DNA from: Clostridia bacterium
Lineage (GTDB): Bacteria; Bacillota; Clostridia; Christensenellales; Borkfalkiaceae
Reading direction: 5' to 3'
DNA length: 64,000 nucleotides
NCBI GenBank assembly: GCA_028720205.1
Contig: JAQYLE010000065.1
Location: forward strand, 127-64,126
Shown: one piece after another, positions 44,101 to 51,848 of the stretch
Numbering within the stretch: the stretch's first letter is position 1
Layout of the letters: each line of letters begins with the position of its first letter
Program-made: the position numbers and the translations under genes
The notes under the pieces: generated by a model
Databases searched by the model: none
The model's input: the letters and a program-made list of their open reading frames with translations, nothing else
What the model was told of the DNA's origin: nothing

Positions 44101-46068
44101 TACGGTTTCTCCGTCCGCGGCTCCTTCGCCCTCGCCTTCGCCTTCGCCGATGATTCCGCCGGAAGATTGCGTCGATTTCGTTATGAGAAACTTATACGTC
44201 TGTTTTTCCGCTTCCAGCGTTAAAATCGTTCCTCCGAACACGGAAGGCGCCACGGTGTACACTCCGCTTACGTTTACGTTTCCCGCCGTATAAGTTGCCG
44301 AATACATGCCGTCTGCGGTAAGGGTTGCGCCCGCGCCGTTTTCAAACGTGCGGTCGAACTCTTCGTCGTAAAACATATAACACGTTTTTCCGCGGATTTT
44401 CATCAGCCGCGCGGTTCCCGCCGCACCGCCCTCGGCGTTCGTCAGCGTAAGCGTTTCGCCTTCCAGCACGTAATAATAAGTAGCGGTTCCGGTTACGCCG
44501 TTCTGCGTCGTATGATAGGCGGCGGTGCCGAATCCGTTCAGTTCCAGTGAATAATAGTTTTCCAGATAATACGTGAGCGCGCCGTCTTGCACAACGCCTC
44601 TGTAAACGGTACCCATACGGTATTCCTCTTCGTTTCTCACGCGGAATACCGAAGTTTCTATATCCTCGATCACCACTTTTCCAAGCAGAAGAACAAGCGT
44701 TTTTCCCGCAAGATCGCCGCTGTCAAAGGAGGCTATGTACCTGCCGTTTTCGTCCAGGCGGTAAGTGCCGGCGGAAACCGACGAACCCGCCTTGTACCTT
44801 ATGCCGTTGTATTCGTCGAAGTAAATCAACGTGTCCGTCTGCAACCCGTCTCTCACCGTGTACAACGTGCTCTGAACGTTCGCCCTGTCGCCGTCGAAAT
44901 ACGCAAACGAGCCGTCGTCGTTGATTCTCCCCGCCAGCAGAACGTCGTCGCGATCGTCAGTAAAGGTAAACTCTTTGCGCGGAGCGGCGTATTCGCCTTT
45001 AAACAGCAGTCCGCCGCGCGAAAGATACGCCGTAGTTTGGTCGTTTTCGGGCAGATAGATATAATCGTCCCCGCCGAACACGTTGACGTAACCTTTCAGC
45101 CACACGGCGCGAAGCGTGGTGTTTCTCTTCACAACGATCTGATCGGGTGCGGTTTCTTCGCCCGTATTGTACACCGAAATCCCCGTAGAATACGCGGTTC
45201 CGTCGGACGTATCTTTCCAGCCGACGAGCCAATATCCCTTTTTCGTAAAAATATCGCCCGAAGCCGTCAGCGTTTCGCCGTATTTTGCCTCCGCCCTGTA
45301 AATTTCGTCCGCGTCGCCGTCGGGATCATCGGAGCGGAACGCGTAAACGTATTCCTTTCTGTTAAAATACCGTCTGAATATGTTCAGCGTAGTATCCGCG
45401 GAAACGGTAAGCGTTTTCACCGTGTCGGACTTGACGACTTCTTCAAATCCTTCAATCTGGTCGGAAAAGGTAAACGGTTCGTGTACGTACGCGTACCCCT
45501 CAACCGTTTCTTTTTCGTAACCGTCGTCGCCGAGATTCTGTTTGTAAACTTCCGCCGTATACGCCGCCTGATATTTGGCGGTAAGGCTGAGATCGGCGGC
45601 GGGCATCGTCGCCGCGTCGCTTACGGCTTTGTCGCCGTTGAACCACGCGCCGAAACGCAGTCCTTCTTTTTCCGCCGTTACGTTGCGCAACGCCTCGGCG
45701 AGGTTTGCGCCCGCTTTCAGCCATAATTTGCTTTGCGCCGCTATGCCTCCGTCGGCGTTGAGAGTAAGAGCGTACAATTTTTCCCATCTGGCATAGAAAG
45801 TGGCGTTTTTATCCGCCGAAATTTTCGCCACGGCGCCACCTGAAAACGCCGCGTCCGTATACCAGCCCTCGAAACTGTATCCTTCCCTTTCGGGCACGGG
45901 AAGCGTTATTTCCTCCCCTTCCGCCGCTTCGATTCCCGCAATCGAAATTTCGCAATTCGTTTCAAAAACGTATTCGTATTTTTGTGAGGTTGATTTACAA
46001 GAAATCAACGCTGCGGAAATCAAACAACAGAACAAGCCGCTCAGTAGTAATTTTCCGATTTTTTTCAT
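41134..46068 (-). CDS. Giant lipoprotein (1644 aa): N-terminal InlB-B-repeat (Flg_new) modules, then ~1300 aa of unassigned sequence
   Basis: Signal peptide plus lipobox (AALISC). Flg_new-like modules (REGYSFEGWYTD...ATFYARW; GLRFGAWFNG...; KKGYWLVGWKD...TLRAVW). The remainder is Y/T/G-rich and beta-looking, with a (GE)4 tract near aa 640. SD AAGGAG. Confidence 0.85.
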   Translation of the reverse strand: MKKIGKLLLSGLFCCLISAALISCKSTSQKYEYVFETNCEISIAGIEAAEGEEITLPVPEREGYSFEGWYTDAAFSGGAVAKISADKNATFYARWEKLYALTLNADGGIAAQSKLWLKAGANLAEALRNVTAEKEGLRFGAWFNGDKAVSDAATMPAADLSLTAKYQAAYTAEVYKQNLGDDGYEKETVEGYAYVHEPFTFSDQIEGFEEVVKSDTVKTLTVSADTTLNIFRRYFNRKEYVYAFRSDDPDGDADEIYRAEAKYGETLTASGDIFTKKGYWLVGWKDTSDGTAYSTGISVYNTGEETAPDQIVVKRNTTLRAVWLKGYVNVFGGDDYIYLPENDQTTAYLSRGGLLFKGEYAAPRKEFTFTDDRDDVLLAGRINDDGSFAYFDGDRANVQSTLYTVRDGLQTDTLIYFDEYNGIRYKAGSSVSAGTYRLDENGRYIASFDSGDLAGKTLVLLLGKVVIEDIETSVFRVRNEEEYRMGTVYRGVVQDGALTYYLENYYSLELNGFGTAAYHTTQNGVTGTATYYYVLEGETLTLTNAEGGAAGTARLMKIRGKTCYMFYDEEFDRTFENGAGATLTADGMYSATYTAGNVNVSGVYTVAPSVFGGTILTLEAEKQTYKFLITKSTQSSGGIIGEGEGEGEGAADGETVYTMEVKAAGYGEYYYKGGDNVYYAPLLVTDDPAQGRAKLYGYTSSREFVLVSEGSYLFDEATKLYTYTAETFGDAASLADVLTNPIDVSGVLSVRFCTGSAAVSTASYNVTYWFSYVTEEGTTYTGTTYVSGEDTLALFSDRAAYTASGTTSVGSYKQSDNVITFTAGKDTLYFTIDDGAHTFAALSEAPYRANRYNADGTVTEKEYLSTDGNGGAVYYSESLGACNGTVTKTGKTSKSGAEILRFASGTVTFEFIRLTYSKGMAFAVYDGAYDNNYVSSQGGALSLDGFAFRAQFTDEDGNSSTGAYVLVSENEVRMEIGDTYRYFTLNGYSFTMRGAEYGVYVTSDNRSVSFDEFFELDGYGKLSVFVLDGSGNRTYTGQGTYVTDGDKVTYSYVKSNETYGGEFRIGTEKYAYESSVYGELVIVHEEIVKTYVNEKDWSVLILDNAGNAVKADGDGNRQEGKYTLITEKLLYFVTDDAKDACIYEYDTAKGTATPVKFTARGYYTKELDSLLFSQYGFAIFNGTERCYYNVVNNDVLIYRQNASDPDASEYGFVEENFGAFDNIKEYNGQTYYSNNGFAIQFKREEEGKNKYPAALITGSATKHALETLSFSPSGKDEFTVEAKVLVNGKNVNAYVTREKDESGNTHMYVTVSGYRFDIEISYNGENDYGESLSTYTVTALRRIGSAPAYAYLDNYYKYYVTMGASYANSYKNDIGYVSVNYVYDEEGEETSSYISGSFGEGSRMYDAEGNVISFDGADFEYDDTNGVYCAGFTAADGYTYRLFFALRKHPAYRNTYGYYVYFLLRSETLQTEDGYKVITERIVATDNPSWSQGTFRGISLSKDGVEIAYSGAIISGDKTSVRYISRTTDDSGKITSSVYYTLTFTENSGVEIGEDKEILATFRAVTVETETMKVLYAADGETYVEADSSGTPVLFCLDGAVYLVAESEYDEETNAYTVSAGGKTFVIRLSEDKQSVAGITEKTE

Positions 46069-46137
46069 ATCTGTCTCCTTTTCGCAAATCGGCGAAAAAG
46101 CCGTTTTAAAAGCGTTTTTTAGTTCGAAAGTCCTGCG

Positions 46138-48933
46138 CTATTCCGCTTCGGCAACCTTCCATACCGCATAGAGCGTTGTGCCTGCGGGCGCCTTAGTCAA
46201 CTCGTCTTTCGTATACGCGGGTTCGTTTGCCGCGCTATCCGTCGCCCAGCCGACAAATACGTAGCCTTCCCTCGTGGGCGCCGAAACGCCGCCCGTCGCG
46301 TTGGCGTTTGACAACGTATCCTGCGTAACGGTGACGGAAACCACGTACGTTCCGTCCTCCGAAAGCGCGCACCCCCACACCACGGGGCGATACGAAGAAT
46401 TGAATCGGGCGTTCCAGTCGGGCTGTATCTGCGGCGCGGAAGTATAAACCGTCATCGCATTGCAGCCGTAAAAGGCGTGCGAGCCGATTGTTGCGATCCG
46501 TCCGTCCAGAACAAGCGCCGTAACGCCGCTCATTCCCTTAAACGCATAGTTGCCTATCGATTTCACCGAAGCGGGAATCGTAAGAGCGGTGAGATTTTTC
46601 ATCTCGTAAAAAGCGTAATCGCCTATTTCCTCCACCCCGTCCGCTATTACGACGCGTTCTACGTTGGGGCATTTGTAAAACGCCCTGTCGCCTATGATTT
46701 TTAAGGAAGAAGGCACAAAAACGCTTGTCAACGCTTCGCAGTGGGCAAACGAGGAATCGCCGATTTTTTCCACGCCGTCGCCTAAATCGAGCGAGGAAAG
46801 AGCGGCGCATTTGTAAAACGCCCTGCCGCCTACCGTAGAAACCGAATCGGGAAGCGACACGCTCTGTAAAGAAACGTTGTTATAAAAAGCATAGTCGCCT
46901 ACGGTTTTTAAAGATTCGCCGAACGTAACGGAAGAAAGATTAGCGCAATCGTAAAACGCGTAATCTCCTATCGCGCTAACGCTTGTGCCGCCCATATCGA
47001 CGCTTTCCAGCGTAGCGCACTTGTAAAACGCGGATCTGCCTATCGTAAGCAACCGCGTGGGCAGGGTTACGTTGAACAGGGAAGAACAGCCGTAAAACGT
47101 ATAGTCCTCGATATAACGGAGATTTCTGTTTAACGATACCGTGGTTAAATTTACGCAGCCGTAAAACGCGCCGCGCCCTATATACCTCACGTCGTTCAGT
47201 CCGGTAAGACTTTTTACCGTGACGCAATTATAAAACGCGTAATCGGCAATACCCGCCGTATCCGCATTCAGCATCGCGGTGCTCGAACGCATGTTGTTGT
47301 AGCCTACCACCCAATTTCCCGCGTACACGACGCCGGAACTCGTCGGTTTTTTCCACAGCGCCGTGTTCTTAAACGCATACGTGCCTATCGAAGTAACGCT
47401 GTCGGGTATGATGGAACTGCCTGCCAGCGCGCTGTTATCCAATAAAGAACACCCGTAAAAAGCGTACGAGCCTATTTTCTTCAACCCCTCGCCGAACAGA
47501 ATCTGACTTAACACGGGGCAATTGAAGAAAGAATATTCGCCTACGCTTTCCACGCTGTTGTCGTACGTGTTGATTCTGTACAGTACGTTACATTCCGCAA
47601 ACGCATAGTTCCCTATCGCTTTCAGCGACTGCGGCGTTTTTACTTCTATCAGTTTCGGCGCGCCCGCAAACGTATAATCCGCAATGCCGAAAGTATCCGC
47701 GCGCAGGGTATCCACGCCTATTTTTTCAAGATTCTTCAACGTTTCTTCCGTGCAGTATATCAGCCATTTATCGGCGTACACGAACGGTTCGCCTTGCGTC
47801 TTCGCTTCGTTGAAAAACTTCGTGGCGTGAAAAGCATACCCGCCTACGTGCTTTACGGTATCGGGGATAGATACTCCGTCAAGCGCTCCGTCGCCGTAAA
47901 AACAGGCGTAGCCGATATCCGTCAGACCTTCCGGCAACGTCGCTTCGGCAATCCGCGCGCACTCCGAAAAGGCGTATTCGCCCAGCGTTTTCAGTTCGCC
48001 GTTTGCAGAAAACGCAATTTCTTCCAGCGCGGAACACTTATAAAACGCGTTGTTTCCTATGCTTTCCGTTCCCGCCCCGATCGAAACAAAAGAAAGCGAA
48101 GTATCCCCCGTAAACGCGTAGTCGCCTATGCTTATAACGCTATCGGGAACGGTAACGCTTTGCAGCGCGGAACAATCGGAAAAAGCGGAATCGCCTATCG
48201 TTACGATATTATCGCCTATTTCTATTTCCGTCAGCGAACGGCAATAGGCAAACACGTAATTGTTCAGCGCCGTTACGCCCTCGGAGATATTTACGGAAGC
48301 CAGCGAACGGCACGATTGAAACGCCGAAACGCCAAGATAAGTTACGGAATCGGGCATTTCCACGTAAGTCAGTTTAGGGCAATTGTAAAAAGCGTTGTCG
48401 CCGATATAGGTAACGTTGCTTCCTATCGAGATGCCCTCCACGCGGCCGCTTCCCTTAAACGCCGCGTCGGCGATTTTCGTTACGGGTTTTCCACGGTAAG
48501 TTTCTCCTACGATAACGTTTTTCGAAGCGGAACCCACTTTGGTGATTTCGTATTCGGTATTGTTTTTTATGTAGGTATACACGCATCCCGTTTCGTAATC
48601 TTTATGAAACTGAATAGTTTCCGACCATTCGGAATCCTGATGCGTTTTTCCGTCGCCCACGGCTTTTATCGCGATGTCGTAATCCCCTTCCTCCAATTTG
48701 GCGAGGGAATACGAAGCCTTTCTGGAAGTCGTCAGCGTTTCTATGCCGGTTTCCACGTTTCTGATGCTGACGGAATAATGTTTAGCGTTCTCGTCCAGCG
48801 TCCAGGAAAGCGTATTGTTTTCGTCCAGAACGATGCCGTAAGGAGTAGCCAGCATGTTTTTCTTTCCGCATGCCGCGAGAAACGCGCACAGCGAAGCCAA
48901 CAGTATTAAATTAACCCAACGTATCTTCTTCAC
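46138..48933 (-). CDS. BspA-like leucine-rich-repeat (LRR_5) lipoprotein with C-terminal InlB-B-repeat
   Basis: 931 aa. GTG start with SD GGGAGG. Lipobox LAAC. One Fn3-like module (TLSWTLDENAKHYSVSI). About 650 aa of ~23-25-aa repeats (IP.SVT.IG..AF..C..L). C-terminal REGYVFVGWATD...TLYAVW. Confidence 0.88.
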   Translation of the reverse strand: MKKIRWVNLILLASLCAFLAACGKKNMLATPYGIVLDENNTLSWTLDENAKHYSVSIRNVETGIETLTTSRKASYSLAKLEEGDYDIAIKAVGDGKTHQDSEWSETIQFHKDYETGCVYTYIKNNTEYEITKVGSASKNVIVGETYRGKPVTKIADAAFKGSGRVEGISIGSNVTYIGDNAFYNCPKLTYVEMPDSVTYLGVSAFQSCRSLASVNISEGVTALNNYVFAYCRSLTEIEIGDNIVTIGDSAFSDCSALQSVTVPDSVISIGDYAFTGDTSLSFVSIGAGTESIGNNAFYKCSALEEIAFSANGELKTLGEYAFSECARIAEATLPEGLTDIGYACFYGDGALDGVSIPDTVKHVGGYAFHATKFFNEAKTQGEPFVYADKWLIYCTEETLKNLEKIGVDTLRADTFGIADYTFAGAPKLIEVKTPQSLKAIGNYAFAECNVLYRINTYDNSVESVGEYSFFNCPVLSQILFGEGLKKIGSYAFYGCSLLDNSALAGSSIIPDSVTSIGTYAFKNTALWKKPTSSGVVYAGNWVVGYNNMRSSTAMLNADTAGIADYAFYNCVTVKSLTGLNDVRYIGRGAFYGCVNLTTVSLNRNLRYIEDYTFYGCSSLFNVTLPTRLLTIGRSAFYKCATLESVDMGGTSVSAIGDYAFYDCANLSSVTFGESLKTVGDYAFYNNVSLQSVSLPDSVSTVGGRAFYKCAALSSLDLGDGVEKIGDSSFAHCEALTSVFVPSSLKIIGDRAFYKCPNVERVVIADGVEEIGDYAFYEMKNLTALTIPASVKSIGNYAFKGMSGVTALVLDGRIATIGSHAFYGCNAMTVYTSAPQIQPDWNARFNSSYRPVVWGCALSEDGTYVVSVTVTQDTLSNANATGGVSAPTREGYVFVGWATDSAANEPAYTKDELTKAPAGTTLYAVWKVAEAE

Positions 48934-49015
48934 AGCGTCCTCCCGTAACGGTTGAAATGAATGTTCTTCCGTTTTTCGCGCCCGTTTGATTTCGCGCGGG
49001 GCGCGCCCGCGCGCT

Positions 49016-49043
49016 TGTTATTTCTCATTTGTTATTTCTCATT
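49016..49043. repeat. Perfect 14-bp tandem duplication spanning a stop codon
   Basis: TGTTATTTCTCATT at 49016-49029 is identical to 49030-49043. The stop of the 933-aa gene (49032-49034) lies in the second copy. Confidence 0.95.
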
Positions 49044-51833
49044 TTTCCTCTTTTTGTATTCCCGAATCAGTTCGTGCGGCCATTTGAACTTGAATTTGCG
49101 TACGGCGATATCCAGAAGGAACAGCACGATCGCCGTAATCATAAACGCCGTGCGCGGATCGAACGTCCTCGTCAACTCGGTAACGAACCCTTCGAAAATT
49201 TCAATCGGATCGTCAAGGTCCTGAATCACCGAACCTTTGCCGCGTTGCGCCCACAGAGCGAATTGCGCTGAAAGTTCCTTCTCGTCCGTCTCCGCAAAAA
49301 CGTCGTACTCCTTGGAATAGGCGAAGGATTTATACAGTTCCGCGGAATCTTTCAATTCCCCGTTCCCGTCGTATTTTTCCAGCACGATTTTATAAACGCC
49401 TCCCGCTTTTACAACGAAGCAACAGCGGCTGTAATTGTTTTCGGAACCGAACGCAGCGGTAACGAAACAATCGGGTTGTCCGCCGACCGCCTGTATGGCG
49501 GTAACCTCGTTCAGCGAAATTTCCGTTTCGCTTCCGTCCGCCATGTTTATCAACTTTCCGGAAACGTAGCCGCCCTCGTCCAGCGTGGTATACACGTCTA
49601 AACGGTTGGTGTAATTCTGTTCGTCAAGAACAATCGTCATGCTGCTTGGCCGTATATTCTCAATCGGCATCAGATTGTTCACCACGTTTACAATAAACCG
49701 CTCGCCGCTTGTATCGCTCATAAACGAGGCGGACCAGTAACCGCATAGGTCGCACATGAAACTGCCCACCGTGCCTTTGCCGAATTTCCACTGCGCGTAA
49801 ATCGGAACGTTGTACTCCCCTGAAAGAATCAGATCCGCGCCCGTCTTTACTTTCACGCCGAAAAAGCCGTCGAGTTGCACGTTCATTCTCAATCCGCCGT
49901 CTTCCGAAGCGCCGTATTCCACGCCGTTGAACAGCGCCGAAGTCGCGTTGCTTACAACGGGATAAAACGGCTCCATGTTCACGTCTTTGATTTCCGGAAC
50001 GTTCAGATCTTCTCGCATCAACCGCACCAGCGTGGACATGTCGGTTACGGCGTACAGTCGCCCGTGCCCTTTATCCACGGCGGTTTTCATCAACTTCGCG
50101 GCGTCCGAGCCCTCCCCGCTGCCTATCAGCACCACGGAAAAAGTAATTTTATCCATCTGATAATACGTCTCTATCAGATTTTCATACTCCTCCGGTTCCC
50201 CGCTGGGAACGCCGTCGGTGACCAATATGATATGGCGTTTATCGACGTTCTTTTCGGCGCGGAGCATCTCGCCCGCGCCTTCGATCGCCCCGGGAAACAC
50301 CGTGCCGCCGTTCGCCTCGTCGATAGAATCTATCGCGGCAAGGATTTTCGCCTCCTGCGTTCTGCGCGTCAGCGGAAGAACCGTTTTATCCGCGTCGTCC
50401 AGCGTCATCACGCCCACGTAATCGCGTTCGCTCAACGCGTTCAGGCACGATTTCGCGCCTTCGGTTGCCCATTCCAGATACGTTCTTCCCGTAGAGGACT
50501 CCGTAACGCCCATCGAACCGGAATGGTCGATAATCACCACCACCCCTACGGGCGGCGTATACGTTATGGCTTGCACGGGCAGAATCTGCTGATACACGCT
50601 GCCAGCCATATCCGCGCGGTCGTAAGCGTTGGCGTTGCCCTCTTCGTCCTGTCCGCCCACGGTAAGCAGTCCGCCGCCGTAAACGTTCACGTACGAATAC
50701 AGCGTTTCGCTGAATCCTTCGGGCATATCCCTGTTGGCGATATTGTTCAGAATTACCTGATCGTAAGCGCGCAGGTCATCCGTGGTTATTTCCAGAAAAT
50801 CGTCGTCCGTTAAAATGTTTTTCGTTACGACGTTAAAATTCTCTGCGGCAAGAAGTTCTTTCAACGGCTCGCTGTCCGTATCGTTTCTGCCTATAATCAG
50901 CACTTTATCGAAAACTTCAAGATAAAAATACGTAAAATATTCGTCGTTTTTATCCAGCGAACTTCCGTCGGAAACGATTTTAACGCCGAGTTTATGTAAA
51001 CCCTGCGTATTGCACGTATGTTTCAGCATAAACGTCTGCACGCCGCCCGTAATCTGCACGGACTGCGTTGCGGAGCCGTCCGTTACGCCGTTATCGGAAA
51101 GTTCTATCGTCGCCGAGGTGCCTACGTTGCTCCGCACCGTAACGCCCAACATAAATTCTTCGCCGATGCCCACGTGATAATCGGGCACGGTTACGTCCGA
51201 AATTTCCACGTCGTCCTCTCCGTAAGAAGACGGTATATTCGCAACGTCTACCTTAATTCCGCTTGCGGAAACGGAACGGATCACCGAAGCCGCCGTTTTA
51301 TCCGTTTCCTTACCGTCCGTAATCAGCACGATTTTAGCCGATTCCGGGTTTTGAAACAGCGTTTTCGTATACGTCAGGGCGTCCGCCACGTTCGTCGCGC
51401 TCACATCGGGCAGATCCGCGTTTGCGTACGTTTCGTATACGGAATCTACGTCGTCGGTGAGCGGCACGGCGTACTGCTGCGTAAAGCCGAAGGTTACCAC
51501 GCCCACCTTATAGTCGTCGTATCTGCCCTGCCGCAGAACGGTCTGAATAAAGTTATCTCTTTTTTCGGCGGAAAGTTCTTCCGTATCGGATACGTCCACC
51601 AGCAGAATAATCTCGTTTTTTTCGTTGGGTACGGCGTATCTGAACGTGATGCCGGAAAGGATAAAAATACTCAGCGACATCACCGTAAGATGCAGAATCA
51701 CGGAAATAACGCGGTTTCTCGTTCTTCTGTATTTTTTCGCAAGTTTAAAATAGGGAATCAGCGTCAGAACGATTGCGGGAATAAAGCACAACAACCACCA
51801 CGGCCGAGAAAAAACTACTGCAAAATGATTCAT
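49032..51833 (-). CDS. Membrane protein with BatA-type N-terminal double TM, two VWA domains and a C-terminal TM anchor
   Basis: 933 aa. SD AAGGAGGA. N-terminus RPWWLLCFIPAIVLTLIPYF plus a second TM. VWA-1 (LLVDVSDT...LITDGKET), VWA-2 with canonical MIDAS (VIIDHSGSMG...ILVTDGVPSG). C-terminal TM AFMITAIVLFLLDIAV and a KR tail. Confidence 0.85.
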   Translation of the reverse strand: MNHFAVVFSRPWWLLCFIPAIVLTLIPYFKLAKKYRRTRNRVISVILHLTVMSLSIFILSGITFRYAVPNEKNEIILLVDVSDTEELSAEKRDNFIQTVLRQGRYDDYKVGVVTFGFTQQYAVPLTDDVDSVYETYANADLPDVSATNVADALTYTKTLFQNPESAKIVLITDGKETDKTAASVIRSVSASGIKVDVANIPSSYGEDDVEISDVTVPDYHVGIGEEFMLGVTVRSNVGTSATIELSDNGVTDGSATQSVQITGGVQTFMLKHTCNTQGLHKLGVKIVSDGSSLDKNDEYFTYFYLEVFDKVLIIGRNDTDSEPLKELLAAENFNVVTKNILTDDDFLEITTDDLRAYDQVILNNIANRDMPEGFSETLYSYVNVYGGGLLTVGGQDEEGNANAYDRADMAGSVYQQILPVQAITYTPPVGVVVIIDHSGSMGVTESSTGRTYLEWATEGAKSCLNALSERDYVGVMTLDDADKTVLPLTRRTQEAKILAAIDSIDEANGGTVFPGAIEGAGEMLRAEKNVDKRHIILVTDGVPSGEPEEYENLIETYYQMDKITFSVVLIGSGEGSDAAKLMKTAVDKGHGRLYAVTDMSTLVRLMREDLNVPEIKDVNMEPFYPVVSNATSALFNGVEYGASEDGGLRMNVQLDGFFGVKVKTGADLILSGEYNVPIYAQWKFGKGTVGSFMCDLCGYWSASFMSDTSGERFIVNVVNNLMPIENIRPSSMTIVLDEQNYTNRLDVYTTLDEGGYVSGKLINMADGSETEISLNEVTAIQAVGGQPDCFVTAAFGSENNYSRCCFVVKAGGVYKIVLEKYDGNGELKDSAELYKSFAYSKEYDVFAETDEKELSAQFALWAQRGKGSVIQDLDDPIEIFEGFVTELTRTFDPRTAFMITAIVLFLLDIAVRKFKFKWPHELIREYKKRKNEK

Positions 51834-51848
51834 ACGCTCTCGTCCTCC

